A stretch of DNA of 30,656 nt from contig RQSC01000005.1 in assembly GCA_013416795.1 (NCBI GenBank), positions 232,536 through 263,191 on the forward strand, read 5' to 3'. Position numbers and translations under genes: made by a program. This document shows, one piece after another, positions 1-11,598 of the stretch. Under the pieces are notes generated by a model that did not search any database, was not told the origin of the DNA, and worked only from the letters and a program-made list of their open reading frames with translations. This stretch comes from Prasinococcaceae sp. CCMP 1430 (lineage: Eukaryota > Plantae > Prasinodermophyta). The first letter of the stretch is position 1; the number at the start of each line of letters is the position of its first letter.

Positions 1-1
1 C

Positions 2-1291
2 CCGAGTGCGCCGCCGGCCGCGGCCGCGACCGCGCCGAAGCGCGTGTACGTGCGCACGACAACCAAGGAGGCGGCGCTGGCTGGGGTCGAGGCCGGGTGC
101 GCCGGCCTCGCGTTCGAAGACAGCGACGAAGGCCGCGCGCTCGCGGAAGCCTGGCGCGCGCACGCGCGCTTTGACGCCCTCCTCGTCGGCAAGAGCGACG
201 TGACGCTCGTGCGCGATGGAGAAGAGGAGCGCGTGTGTGGCACCTGTGTGGCTCTGGACGCGCCCGAGGACGTCGACCGCTGCTGTGCCGCCGCCGAGTC
301 GGGTTCCGGCGACGGCATGCTCCTGGCATCGTGCGCCGACTGGCTGGTCATCCCTGCCGAGAACCTCGTCGCAGCATACCAGAACACCAACACCGATCTC
401 GTTGTCACGGTGGACAGTGCCGACGACGCTCGTGCATCGCTGGGCGCGCTCGAGCTGGGCGTGGATGGCGTCGTTCTATGCAGCGACAGCGTGGCGGAGG
501 TCTCGGAGCTGTGCGCGTTCGTGCGCGAGGCCGCTGCAGCCTCCGCGCCGCGCGAGCGCCTCGAAGCGGTCACAGTCACGGGGGTTCGGCAGCTGGGCCC
601 CACCGGCGATCGCGCGTGCGGTACGTCACGTCTGCGGTCCTGGACCGCGGCCCGCGCGCCCCTCTCGGCTCGATGTTTTGCGCGCGCTGCCTCAGCGCCC
701 GTGCGCCTCGAAGCTTGAGTCCCTCCGGCATTGCGCCCTGAATATGCTCAGTCAGCGCTGACAGGACCTGCCGCGCCGCTTGTCTGGGCCCGAGCTGATC
801 TAGTGGACTTGATGGAGGCGCTTGTCCCGGGCGAGGGCCTGTTGGTGGGCTCCTTCTCACGGGCGCTGGCGCTGGTCCATTCGGAATGCGTCGAGTGTGG
901 GTACGTGAGGCCGAGGGAATTCCGCGTGAACGCCGGGCCGCTGAGCAGCTACGTCGCTGCCCCCGGTGGGCGCACGGCCTACCTCTCGGAGTTGCGCGCT
1001 GGGGACGAGGTTCTTGTCGTGGATGCGGAAGGGAGGGCACGCGCAGCGGCTGTTGCGCGCGTCAAGGTGGAGAAGCGCCCCATCACGCTGCTGGAGATGC
1101 GCTCCGAGTGCGGGCAGGAGCTCGCCGTCGGATTACAGAACGCGGAGACCGTGCGCGTCGTCACGCCCGGCGGAGGCGCCCTGAGCGTGAGCGTTGCAGC
1201 GCCGGGCGACAAAGTGCTGGCGCGCGTCGAGGCGCGAGAGGTCGCCCGGCACACAGGCATCGCCATCGAGGAGAACGCCAGCGAGCGATGA
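2..1291 (+). CDS. 3-dehydroquinate synthase type II family protein (archaeal-type/plant DHQS-II homolog), 5'-partial; exons <2..620 and 804..1291
   Basis: The frame is open from base 2 (PSAPPAAAATAPKRVYV..., looks like the end of a transit peptide). Removing GT(621)..AG(803), with a branch-like CTGAT just before the AG, joins GDRAC to VDLMEALVPGEGLLVGSFSRALALVHSEC...FRVNAGPLSSYV...TAYLSELRAGDEVLV...VKVEKRP...LQNAETVRVV...RHTGIAIEE, the DHQS-II signature motifs. TGA at 1289-1291. Confidence 0.9.
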
Positions 1292-1477
1292 CACGCGGAG
1301 TGCCGGGTCATGTAACGCGGCGTTCGAAGGCCAATTGGCTCGGCTTCTGCAGTATGAGTTAGTAGTAGTGGCGCGGGCGGGCGCGTGGCGGTGTGTGCTG
1401 GCGCAAGCGCGCGGGTAGTCTCGCCCCTGGCCCCTCCTTTTCCCCCATCGGCGCGCGGGTGCGCATGCGCGGCCGCG

Positions 1478-1525
1478 GTTCAAAACCCTAAACCCTAATG
1501 GCGACGTTCAAAACCATAAACCCTA
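1478..1525 (+). promoter_or_regulatory. Tandem telo-box-like motifs (AAACCCTA) in a 20-bp direct repeat
   Basis: gttcaaaaccctaaacccta (1478-1497) and gttcaaaaccataaacccta (1506-1525) differ at one base and lie just upstream of the NT-C2 gene. AAACCCTA is the plant/green-algal telomere unit and the telo-box promoter element. Confidence 0.55.
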
Positions 1526-1932
1526 TTTTCAGGTTCGGGTTGCCGTTGGTTACCGTTGGGATTTGATGGCGGATGGCGGATTGGGACGACGCCGGCGCGG
1601 CGCTTCCGCGGGCGTGTTCCCCGGGGGGGCGGTGTCGCGCGCGCGCGCGCGCGGGGCGCGCGCCATGCGGCGCGGCGAGGGCGGGGAGCGGCGCGGCGAG
1701 GGGCGCGCATGCGCATGGGCATGCGCACGCGCGCGTGCAGGCGCCCACAGGGAGGCGCACGCAGCGAGGCGCGCAGTGCGCGCGGATTCGTGCGCATTCA
1801 AGCGACCTGCGTCGCGGCGGCTCGCGCGCGGCGTGCACCGGAGCGGGGTCTGAGATTGCGGGTGGGGAGCGCACCACCTGACGCTACGCTCGCGCCGGCG
1901 ACTGCCATGCCTGCCTCTCGTGCCCGCCCTAG

Positions 1933-4900
1933 GGCGGCTCGCGTGCCAAGCACTCTGGCGTGAGCATCATTAACGCGCGCACGGGAGAGTGCTCCTGGCC
2001 TAATCCGGTCGAGTACGAGATCACGCTGTATCAGGACAAGTCGGGAAACCTCGAGAAGAAGGAGCTCGAGCTGGCGCTCGTAAACAGCGCGCTCGGCGGC
2101 CTGGGCAAGCCCGTCGGCAAGCCCGCGCTCTTTGACGCGAGTGAGTACTGCGTTGCGCTCGAGGAGGGCGTGCCCTGCCCGAACCAGCGGGGGAGACTGA
2201 CGCTCGACAAGACGCCCGGCAAGCCCACGATTGCGTTCGACATCACGTCCACGTGGCTCGGCGAGGGGGTGCCGGGTAGCGCGGCGACAAGCGCCGCCAA
2301 CAGCGTGCAGACGAGCCAGCGAGGCTCGCCCGAGCGGCGCTCACTCTCCGAGTACGGAGTCGCGGCAGGCACCGCGGGACTGAGTGCAATGTCGGAAGAG
2401 TCTGACTTCGATGATCTGTTGGAGGACATGGACTCGCCCGGCGATGAGAGCATCGCCGACGTGAAGGCTCGCCTCGGCCTGACTGGCGCGATCGGCGCTG
2501 GGATCGGGAGCGGAGCGAGAAACCACCCTGGATCCGCCCCGAGGGCGGGCATAGGCAGCAGCGGAGGGGTCGGGCGCTCGGGTGGCATCGGCAGCAGCGC
2601 CAGACCGCAGACGGCGCATCCACAGCACGGGTCAGAGGCTGAGGCTGTCGCAGACAAATGGCAACGCAAGCTCTACGGAAGCGACTACGGGGGCGAAGAG
2701 CGCGCGGCTGCCGATGGCAACGACAGCAGCGACGGCTACGAAGGCGTTGGGATCGACGCGGCACCTGCCTCTGCCGACCAGCCCTCGTCGTCTCTGTGGA
2801 CGCCGCACCCACCCGCAGCCCAGCCCACCGCACCCAGTTCGCGATCGAGGGGCACCTCCCACCGGAAGCAGAAGGGCAACCCTGACGCCGCACAGGCGCT
2901 CGCTGGTGGCATGTCCGACAGTGACGACGACAGCGCTGCGTCGTATTCTCCACGCGACCCAGCTCACGCGGGCGGCACCGGCGCAGACGACGCGCGCGCG
3001 CACGCGTCCGACGGCGCATCGGCGGCGAGCAGCGAGGGGAGCGCCATCGAGCACTCGCTGGGCTCGGCGGATGAGCCTGCGCCGGAGAGCGTCTATGAGA
3101 TGATGGGCAACACACTCTTCGCTGGCAAGGACGTGGACGGTGACAGCGGAGTGGCGAAGCGCACGGGGGGCGACGCGGCAGATGGCTCGGCCAGCAAGGC
3201 ATCGGACTCCGCTGACACTGTCGTCTCGTCGGTGGCATCAGTTGCACAGCAGTCGCACCACTCGCAGCACCCGCACCACGCCAAGACCGGCAGTGGCGGC
3301 GCTGGCCTGAGCAAGCTCCCGTCACTACCCAAGAATCGCGCTGAGCTGCGCAGCGAGTACCAGCGCCGCTTCCAGCAGAAGCGTGCCACATTCAGCAGCG
3401 CCGACTTCTGTGCAGAGATGGCCGGGGTGACCGCGGTGGCAGGTGCCGACACCCTTCCTAACGACGTCGCCCTCGCGGCATCGCTCTCAGCGGAGCGGCA
3501 GGCGAGCGATGCGGCCACGCCTGGCCCGTCGTACCAAGAGGCGGAGGAGATGCGCGACGAGATTAAGACGCTCAAGGAGCAGCTCGTGCAATCTGCCAAG
3601 GCTGCTGATAAGCACACGCAACGGGCCGGCGCGGCCGAAGCGGAGGTGGAAGAAGTCAAGGCGCAGCTCGCAGAAGCCTGGGAGCAGCTCCGCGAGGGCG
3701 GCGGTACCGACGCCGGAGCTGCTGCAGAAGTTTTCGAGCTGCAGGCTGCCAACGAAGAGGTCACTGCCATTGCAGATGAGCTCGCAACAAAGAATGAGAG
3801 CCTCGCGGCTGAGAACGACATCCTCCGGGCGCGCGTGTCAGCACTCGAAGAGCGCGGGGCGGCTGAGGGCGACCGTGCTGACGACTCTCCCACTCGGCCG
3901 GAGCCCCACGCTCACCTTCGGCAAGAGATTGAGGCGCTCGCCATGCAAAACGAGGATCTCTCGACCGACAACGACATATTGAAGGACCGCCTCGCCCTCG
4001 CCGACGGCCAGTCTGTCGAGCTGGGCGAGCGCGTCGGAGAGCTCGAGTCCTTCCTGTCGGCAGCGGAAGCCAAGGCGGAGACTCTTCAGGTCGAGGCCGA
4101 AGAGGCCATCGCCGCCCTCGCAAGCGCACGCGAGGCCCTCGGTGCTACCAAGGAGGAGCTTGAGAAGGCTCGCGCGCAGGCGCAGGAGGCCTCCGAGTCT
4201 GCCGTGCGCGCTGCGGACGCCATGGAGGCAGCCTCCGAGGAGGCCGCGGCAAACGCGCTGCGCTCGTCGCAGCAAGAGGCTGAGCTCGCGGAGCTGCGGA
4301 AAGAGAGGGATGCGGAGGAGCAGCGGGCAGCGCTCGTCGTTGCCACGAGCACTGAAGCATCAGATTCGCAGCTGGTGCAGCTCAACGCGGCCAGCGAGCG
4401 CCTTCGCGAGAGGGATGCTGAGGTGGAGTCCCTGAAAAACAAGATAGCCGACATGGCGGTAGACTTGGAGAAGGCCGAGTCAGCGTGGGAGGCGTCCGAT
4501 GTGAGCCTCGGTGCGGCGCGGCAGGCAGCCGAGGAGGCCATGGCAGCGCGCCATTCGGCGGAGCGCCAGCTGGCGGCGACGGCGGCCACGTCTGCGCTCG
4601 CCGCGGCGCGTGCGGCCAACGGCGCCACCGACGGTCTGCACAAAGATCGCGAGCTGCGCGCCGCCATGGAAATGCTCGAGGCGGAGGCTGCTCGCGCGGA
4701 TCGTGCCGAGAAGCAGCTCGAAGAGGCGCGAATGCGAGGCGCGCTGCCGCTGGCTGGGGACCGCGCAGTCGCGCGGAGTGACGGGACGCTCGACGGGCGC
4801 GAGCATTCGCATGACGGCGTCGCTCATGCAGTCTGCATCGACGACGACGGCGAGGCAGAGAGGAGCGAGGAGGCGCTGCCTCGCGCGCAACAGCTGGCAG

Positions 4901-7862
4901 ACCTCGTGGAAGAGGGCGCGGCCGTACTGGCGAGCCGTGTGGTCTCCCTCGAACGATCCGAATCGTCGCTCCGGAGGCGCATGGCAGAGGCTGCGAGGGC
5001 CGCCGCCGCGGCGGCGGCGAGCGCGGCCCCCGGCGAGGATGAGCTGGAGGCTGCCGCTGCCCAGGTCGAGGCGATGGCGGCGATGGAGGTTGAGCTCACG
5101 GAGCTTCGCGCACGCGTGGCGGAATTCGAGGCTCGAGGAAGCCCCGTGGCGAACGGCGACGCTGGTCACCACGCCGACGCGCCCGAGCCGCTCAGCGAGG
5201 AGCCCGTCGCCGCGGCCTCGCCCATGCTGCGCGCGATCACGCATGCCAACGGCCGCACGCCCACCAAGATGCCCGCCCACACGGCTGCGCGCGAGCTCGA
5301 CGAGCTGCGATCTGAGAATGCCTCGCTGGTGTCGCGGCTCGATGAGGCCGTGGAGGCGGCACGCCTGGCCGAGGAGGCGGCGCACAGTATGTCCGCGCCG
5401 ACGATGCACGCCCAAGAGATCGCGGAGCGCAAGGCGATTGAGCTCGAGGTCGAGTGCGACACGCTGCGCACGCGCCGCGATGCCCTCGAGGCCGAGCTCA
5501 GCGCGGCTCAGAGCCGATTGGCCTCCGCAACCTCGGAGCGCGACGAGGCCCACGCCAAGCTCCGCGAGGCGCGGACCGCTGCGGAGGCGATGCGGATAGA
5601 GCGCGATGGCGTGACCTCCGAGCTCGAGGACGTCAAGGATGCGCTGGCGTCGTCCAAAGCGAGGGCCGCCGAGGAGCAGGGAGGTTTTTCTCAACAGGCT
5701 GCGTCCGCCGCCGCCGAGGCAGAGGAGCTGAGGGCGCGAGTTGCCCAGCTCGAGGGCAGGGACGCAGACGCATCGAGAGTCGAGGCCCAGCTTCTGGAGC
5801 TCAGCGTTGAGCACAATGCCCTGAAGGCCGAATTCGAGTCGGCCGCGGAGGCGTCCGTGGCGGAGGCTGACACGCTCACTGCCGAGCGCGATGCTTCGCA
5901 CGCGGAGCGGGACAAGCTGGCGGCCAAGCTTGCGGAGGTGGAGCGCGCCTCCGCCGCAGCCTCGAGCAACAGTCGCGAGGAGACGGCTGAGGCTCGGGCC
6001 GCCGCCAAGCTCGCAGAGGAGCGCGCGGCCGAGCGCGAGGGCACCGTGGCTGAGCTGGAGACGCGCGTGGGCGAGCTGAACGACGAGCTCGCGGGCGTGA
6101 CCAGCCGCCTCGAGGAAGTTCTGGAGGCACAGCGCACTTCGGACAGCGCCGCTACCGACGCGCGCGATGCGCTGCAGGCCTCCGTCGTCGAGATCTCCGA
6201 AGAGCGCGATGGCCTCCGGGCGAGGCTGACCGAGCTCGAGGGACTGCTCGCGGCCGAGGAGGCGCGCAGCGCGCAACGGAGCGCCGACGCCGAGGCAGCG
6301 GAGGGTGAGACCGCCGATCTGCTCGAGTCTGAGCGCGAGCGCGCTGACGCGCTTCAGGCGCGGCTCGCCGAAGCGGAGGCCAGCGTCGCCGCCGCCGCCG
6401 AGGAGCGGGTGGGGCTCAAGGCAATGCTTGAAGCCGAGAGGGACCACGCAGAGTCGCGAGCTGCAAAGCTCGAGGCCGACCTCCGAGACGCCGAGGCCAC
6501 GCTCTCCAGCGAACGCGACGGGTGGCGCAAGAAGCGCGCCGCCGCTGATGAGGCGTCCGCAAAGCTCGAGGCGCTTACGATGAGCGAGCAGATCCTGCGA
6601 ACGGAATGCGACGACCTCAGGGGCAAGCTCGACGCAGCCGAGGCCGACGTCCAGAGCGCTCGAGAGAGGGCAGAGGCTGCCGCGGCCAACGATTCGATCG
6701 CTGCGGAGGAACGCAAGAGCGCAGCCGCTGCGGCCGAGCGGGCTACGGCCGATGCGCGAGACGAGGCCGCCGCACTGCGCGCGGCGCTCGCTCGCGCCGA
6801 GCGCGCTGAATCGGCCGCACGCGAGGACGGCGAGCGGCTGCAGACCGAGCGCAATGAGCTCGCGAGCGAAAGCGACAGGCTCCGTGCCGAGGTCGACGCG
6901 CTCAGGACTCAAACGGACGCCGATGCGGACGCGGCGGGGACGATGAGGTGCGTCTTCGAGCGAGCGCGCCGACGCGCGTGCGTTGCGGGCGCGCGCCGGC
7001 GCGTTTCTGCGCGCGCGCGGCGCGTTGACGGTTTCTGCGCGCGCCCGCTCGCCCTTAACAGCCGCGAGCTGGCAGCCCTCAGGAGGGAAAAGGAGGAGAC
7101 CGCTGCCGCGCTGAAGGCTGAGATTGCGGCCGCCACAGCCGCTGCAGAGGCAGCCAAGGAGGAGGCCGCATCCGCCGAGCGCGCGGCGGAGCTCGCGCGC
7201 GCTGAGACTGTGGCGGTCGAGAAGGAGGCCAAGGCGGCGGTGGAGGCGGCAGCGCTCGCGAACAGGTGCGTCCGCGTGTCGCCATGTTGCGCGATGGGCT
7301 CGATGAGGCCGTGTGGTGTCGCGTGCGAACTGACTGTGGCGCCGACGGACGCCTCCTCCCCCCCCCCTCCGCCCCCCCCCCCCCCCCCAATCCCCCTCGT
7401 GGGCGCTCGCTCGCTCTGGTGTCAACGTCGCGACTGCGTAGCGGTGACGTCGACCTGGAGGTCGAAATCGAGTCCCTCCGCCGTGACCTCGCCGCTGCAG
7501 AGCGACGCGAGGAGGAGCTGGAGGAGGAGCTGGCGGGGGCGCGCGACGCGCTCGACGGCAAAGGTGGGGGCGAGGCTTCGGCGGACAAGCTCGCGCTGGA
7601 GGCGGAGGTGCGCGAGTTGCGCGCGGCCAACGCCGACCTCACCACCAAGCTCGCATCGACGGCGAGCAAGTCGGCCGGTGGCGCCGGCGATGCGGCGCGC
7701 GTGCAAGCGGCGGAGGCCGCGCGCAAAGACGCCGAGGCCGCCGCGGCCAAGGCCAGGACGGAGACCGAGGAGGCGCAGGCCTCCGTTCGCGAGCTGCAGG
7801 TGGAGCTCGTGACCAGCCAAGAATTGTACGCCAAATTGCTCAACTCAATCAACAACATGTAG
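1933..7862 (+). CDS. Large protein with N-terminal NT-C2 (EEIG1/EHBP1-type C2) domain, low-complexity linker and long coiled-coil; exons 1933..6947, 7062..7265, 7442..7862; first exon unresolved (about 1500-1620)
   Basis: Acceptor ccctAG at 1931-1932, with a CTGAC upstream, opens GGSRAKHSGVSIINARTGECSWPNPVEYEITLYQDKSGNLEKKELELALV...FDASEY, which resembles NT-C2. About 1,300 aa of A/E/L/R heptad-rich sequence follow. Removing introns 6948..7061 (GTGCG..AACAG) and 7266..7441 (GTGCG..CGTAG) gives a continuous coiled-coil ending at TAG 7860-7862. Confidence 0.8.
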
Positions 7863-7906
7863 TAATGTACAACAACAACAGTGGGCGCGCCTCGCCCCGG
7901 CTCGGC

Positions 7907-9438
7907 TCAGGCGAACGAGTATATGGTGGCGTCTCCGTCGTCCCCCGCGCACAGCAGCGCGTCACCGCCCGCGCCGACGCACAGCGCGCGCACTGCGTTC
8001 CTCCCGGCGCCCAGGCCGTACGCGCAGGCGCCCGTGCGCGCATCGTGCACGAGCACTCTGCCGCCGCCGTCGCCGGAGATGACGAGATCCTCGAGCGCCT
8101 CCAAGCAGTACACGAAGTCGCCATGCTCGCGCCAGGTGTGCACCGCGCCCCAAACCCTCGCATCCCAGGTGCGCACCGCCCCGTCTGCTCCCGAAGACGC
8201 GAAGGCCATCCCCGTGCCCGCGCCTGCCAGCCTGCGCAGATCGCCCACCGCGCCCGCGCCCTTGGGGGTCGCATGCCCCTCAAGCTCCGCCACGAGCGCA
8301 GCTCGCGGACGCACGCGGGGGTCCCACGCGCGAATGCGGCCGTCCTGGCCTCCCGACAGCAGCACGGATTCAGATCTGGCCCCGCCGCCTCCGTGCAGCC
8401 ACTGCAGCGCCGTGACGTGGCCCTGGTGCGCACCGCCGAACATGCTCGCGGCCGCCTCGACGCCGATCTCCCACAGCCCGAGCGCGCCGTCGCGCGCGCC
8501 GGTGGCGACGGCCCCTCCCTCGCCGCCCCACGAAAGGCACAGAATGGGCGCCTTGTGGCCCCTCAGGACGCTCGCCGCCTCGGCTCGCAGGCCCGAAGCC
8601 CCCAGCGCCCACACGCGCAGGCTCTTGTCGTACGAGGCGCTCACCGCGTGCGCGTCGCCACACGCGACCGCGCTCACGGACCCCGTGTGCCCCTCCAGGC
8701 GTTGCGCTCGCACGGCCCGCCCCTTTTCCCACAGACACAGCGTCGAGTCCATGCCTCCGCTCAGGACGCGCCCATCGCTCGCGTGCGCCACGCACGTCAC
8801 CCACTCGGAGTGGCCGTGCGCCTTGGTGTACAGCTTGCGCGCGCGCCGCCCCGTCGCCAGGCTCACCTCGTATAGCGCGTGGTCCGAGCCCGCGACCACC
8901 GCCAGCTCGCCATGCGCCGAGGCGGCGAGCAGCGGGCGATCCGACAGGTCCACGATCCTCCCCGAGGGATCCGCAGGGCCGGCGAGCCACGCGCCCGCGT
9001 CGGCGGGCGCCCTGCCGCGCGCGAGCGCCGGTGGCTCCGCCGGCGGCGCGTGCGCGAACGCCGCGCCCGCAGCGCGCGCCGCGGCCGGCGCCCGCGCCGC
9101 GGTCGCGGATTCGGCCGCTGCTGCCTCGCCTTGGAGGGTGAGCGCCTGCTCGATGCGCTCGCAGAACGCATCGTTGAGCTCGTGCGAGCGCGCCGCGGAG
9201 TACTTCGGCGGGGCTGCGCGCGGCGGCGGCGGCGGCGGGCGCCGTGTGTGTGTGGGGGGGTGTCAGAAATGCTTCTTCGTCCGGGCGGAGCGAGCGAGCA
9301 CGCGGGCGGACCGGCCGCACCTCTGCTTGACGCTGCGGCGTCGGCGGGCGCCGCCTTGCCGGCAACGGCCGCGCGTCTCTGCTGCCGCCGCTTGAGCAGC
9401 GCGAGCCTGCTCACCCCGGAGGCGTCCCCCGACGACAT
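7907..9438 (-). CDS. WD40-repeat protein; exons 9438..9321 and 9213..7907
   Basis: ATG at 9438 (MSSGDASGVSRLALLKRR). Removing intron 9320..9214 (GTGCGG...CTGAC...GCAG) joins in frame to GHSEWVTCV..GGMDSTLCLW, GHTGSVSAV..SYDKSLRVW, GHKAPILCL..GARDGALGLW, AHQGHVTAL..GQDGRIRAWD and further repeats. TGA at 7909-7907. Confidence 0.9.
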
Positions 9439-9790
9439 TGTGTGTTCCCGGCGGGTGTGTGTGTGTGGGTGGAGGGGGGGAGAAGGGGAGAAGGGAAGCG
9501 GGCGCGTGGGTTGGGCACGCGTGTGCGCGCGCGGAAGGGTGGGATGCGCGGCCGGGCGGGAGCGGCGGGGCGTTGCGCCCGCGCGCTCGCTCGCCGCGAT
9601 TCGTACGCGCCCGCCGCCGGGTCGTCGGAGGAGCGGCCTCGGCGCGCAGGCGATGATGGGGGAACGGGAACGGAACGGAACGGCGGATATTACATTAACC
9701 CTACCCCAAATAAGCATCCGTCTGCCGGCACCTGCGGCACGAACCCTAACCCTCCGTCGTGACATCTGGCTCCCAGCGCATGCCGAGCTC

Positions 9791-9950
9791 TCTGGAGCGA
9801 GGACGGAGCGGTGCGCTCAGGAACATTTTTGTGTCGGTTTGATCGCATGCGATTTGCGAGGTCACCCGAGCTCCCGCATCTGGAGCGAGGCCGGAGCGGT
9901 GCGCTCAGGAACATTTTTGTGTTTGTTTGAGCGCATGCGATTCGGGAGGT
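9791..9950. repeat. Two-copy direct repeat of 72 bp (period 88 bp)
   Basis: 9791-9862 and 9879-9950 match at 66 of 72 positions by manual alignment (tctggagcgagg.cggagcggtgcgctcaggaacatttttgtgt..gtttga.cgcatgcgatt.g.gaggt). Confidence 0.9.
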
Positions 9951-10009
9951 GCGCGGGGCGTCGGCCGCGCGGGGCGGCGCCGGCGCGCGGGGGCGCCAGA
10001 GGGCGCCAC

Positions 10010-10402
10010 NNNNNNNNNNNNNNNNNNNNNNNNNNNNNNNNNNNNNNNNNNNNNNNNNNNNNNNNNNNNNNNNNNNNNNNNNNNNNNNNNNNNNNNNNNN
10101 NNNNNNNNNNNNNNNNNNNNNNNNNNNNNNNNNNNNNNNNNNNNNNNNNNNNNNNNNNNNNNNNNNNNNNNNNNNNNNNNNNNNNNNNNNNNNNNNNNNN
10201 NNNNNNNNNNNNNNNNNNNNNNNNNNNNNNNNNNNNNNNNNNNNNNNNNNNNNNNNNNNNNNNNNNNNNNNNNNNNNNNNNNNNNNNNNNNNNNNNNNNN
10301 NNNNNNNNNNNNNNNNNNNNNNNNNNNNNNNNNNNNNNNNNNNNNNNNNNNNNNNNNNNNNNNNNNNNNNNNNNNNNNNNNNNNNNNNNNNNNNNNNNNN
10401 NN
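10010..10402. other. Assembly gap (N run) covering the FAD4 5' end
   Basis: Run of N. Confidence 1.
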
Positions 10403-11380
10403 CCGGCGGGCGGTGGCGCGCTGTGCGGCGTCGGCGCCCGCCGTGGACGCCGAGGCGAAGCGCGCGGCGGTGCGCGAGCGCATGCGCGCGAACACCGAGT
10501 TTGGCGTTGAGGGCGACTGCTTCGAGACCCTCGACGAGCACCGCGCGTGGGTCAATGCGTGGCTCGCTGCCACTGCCGCCGTGCTGGGCAAGGGCGCGTA
10601 CGCCGCCGCGCTCGCTCCCGACGGCGCACGGGACGCGGCGCTCTCCGTGGTGGCCGCCTACGTGCTGGCGGACCTCGGCACCGCCTTCTACCACTGGGGC
10701 GTGGACAACTACGGCAGCGGCGCGACGCCGCTCGTCGGCACGCAGATTGCGGGCTTCCAGGGCCACCACAGGCAGCCGTGGGTCATCACGCTGCGCGACT
10801 TCGAAAACCGGTGCGTGCGAGGCGCCTGCCGTCGGCGCGGGCGCTCCGCGCGCGCGCGCGCGCGCGCCGAGCGGAGCGCTGACGCGCCGTGTGTGCGGCC
10901 CGCGCACCCCCTGCGTTCGCGCGCCCGCGCAGCGTGCACGCCATTTGCAAGCCCGTCGTGCCATGCCTGTGCGGACTGGCGGCGTTCGGCGCCCCCTCGG
11001 CCACGCTCCACCCGTTCATGGCCACCTTCGGCGCGATGGTGGTGCTCTCGCAGCAGTTTCACAACTGGGCGCACTCGAAGGTGGCGGACATTCCGCCGCC
11101 CGTGCGCGCGCTTCAGCGCGCGGGGCTGCTCTTGGGGCGCAAGGCGCACGGCATGCACCACTGCGCGCCCTTCGAGAACAACTATGCCATCGTGAGCGGC
11201 ATGTGGAACCCCCTGCTCGACTCCTCCGGCATCTTCCCCATGCTGGAGCGCGTGGTGTACGACGCCACGGGCGTGCGCCCGCGCTGCTGGAACGAGTACG
11301 GCACGGACTACGTCGAGGACGAGCCCTCCGGCGCCGAGGAGCAGGTGCGCGAGGAGGACAAGATCTCGGTCAGCGCATGA
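10403..11380 (+). CDS. FAD4: Plastid FAD4-type fatty acid desaturase (delta3-trans-hexadecenoate; Lipid_desat/TMEM189 family), 5'-partial; exons <10403..10810 and 10933..11380
   Basis: LADLGTAFYHWGVDNYG..TPLVGTQIAGFQGHHRQPW, then after intron 10811..10932 (GTGCG..CTGAC..GCAG) RVHAI...SQQFHNWAH...HGMHHCAPFENNYAIVSGMWNPLLD...GVRPRCW. These are the His-boxes and C-terminal motifs of plant FAD4. An Ala/Arg-rich N-terminal stretch suggests a transit peptide. Confidence 0.9.
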
Positions 11381-11598
11381 CCCGCGCGCTGCCGCACCGG
11401 GTGCGCTCGTGCCGATTTTTGTTTGCCTCGCCTCCCTCCGACCACGCGCGCGCATGTAATTTAAGGCAAAGAATGTCATTACACGAGCGAGCGAGCGAGC
11501 GGGCGGGCGTGTCGTAGATGGCCACCCAGTCGCGCGCGGCGGCGGGCTCGAGCGGGCGTTTGCCGCGGCGGCGGGCCCGCCGCCGCGCGCCGCTCCAG

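Noticed and set aside
1498-1566. ATG 1498 (MATFKTINPIFRFGLPLVTVGI*) or ATG 1573 as the start of the NT-C2 gene
   Set aside because: I found no convincing donor joining either in frame to the 1933 exon, so the first exon is left unresolved.
1620-1830. (GC)n and poly-G/C runs as a separate element (also at 10845-10870, 16500-16700, 22500-22570)
   Set aside because: They are a general feature of introns and intergenic DNA here; Z-DNA or G4 potential cannot be assessed beyond composition.
4480-7425. 981-aa antisense ORF and many other long shadow ORFs (e.g. 11518-14748, 20265-21458, 26345-30076)
   Set aside because: These are off-frame or antisense shadows of real GC-rich genes; several are long only because they read through N gaps.
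1960-7812. 1950-aa ORF taken as the literal protein
   Set aside because: It reads through two introns, and after 7266 it is in the wrong frame; the spliced model ends at 7862.
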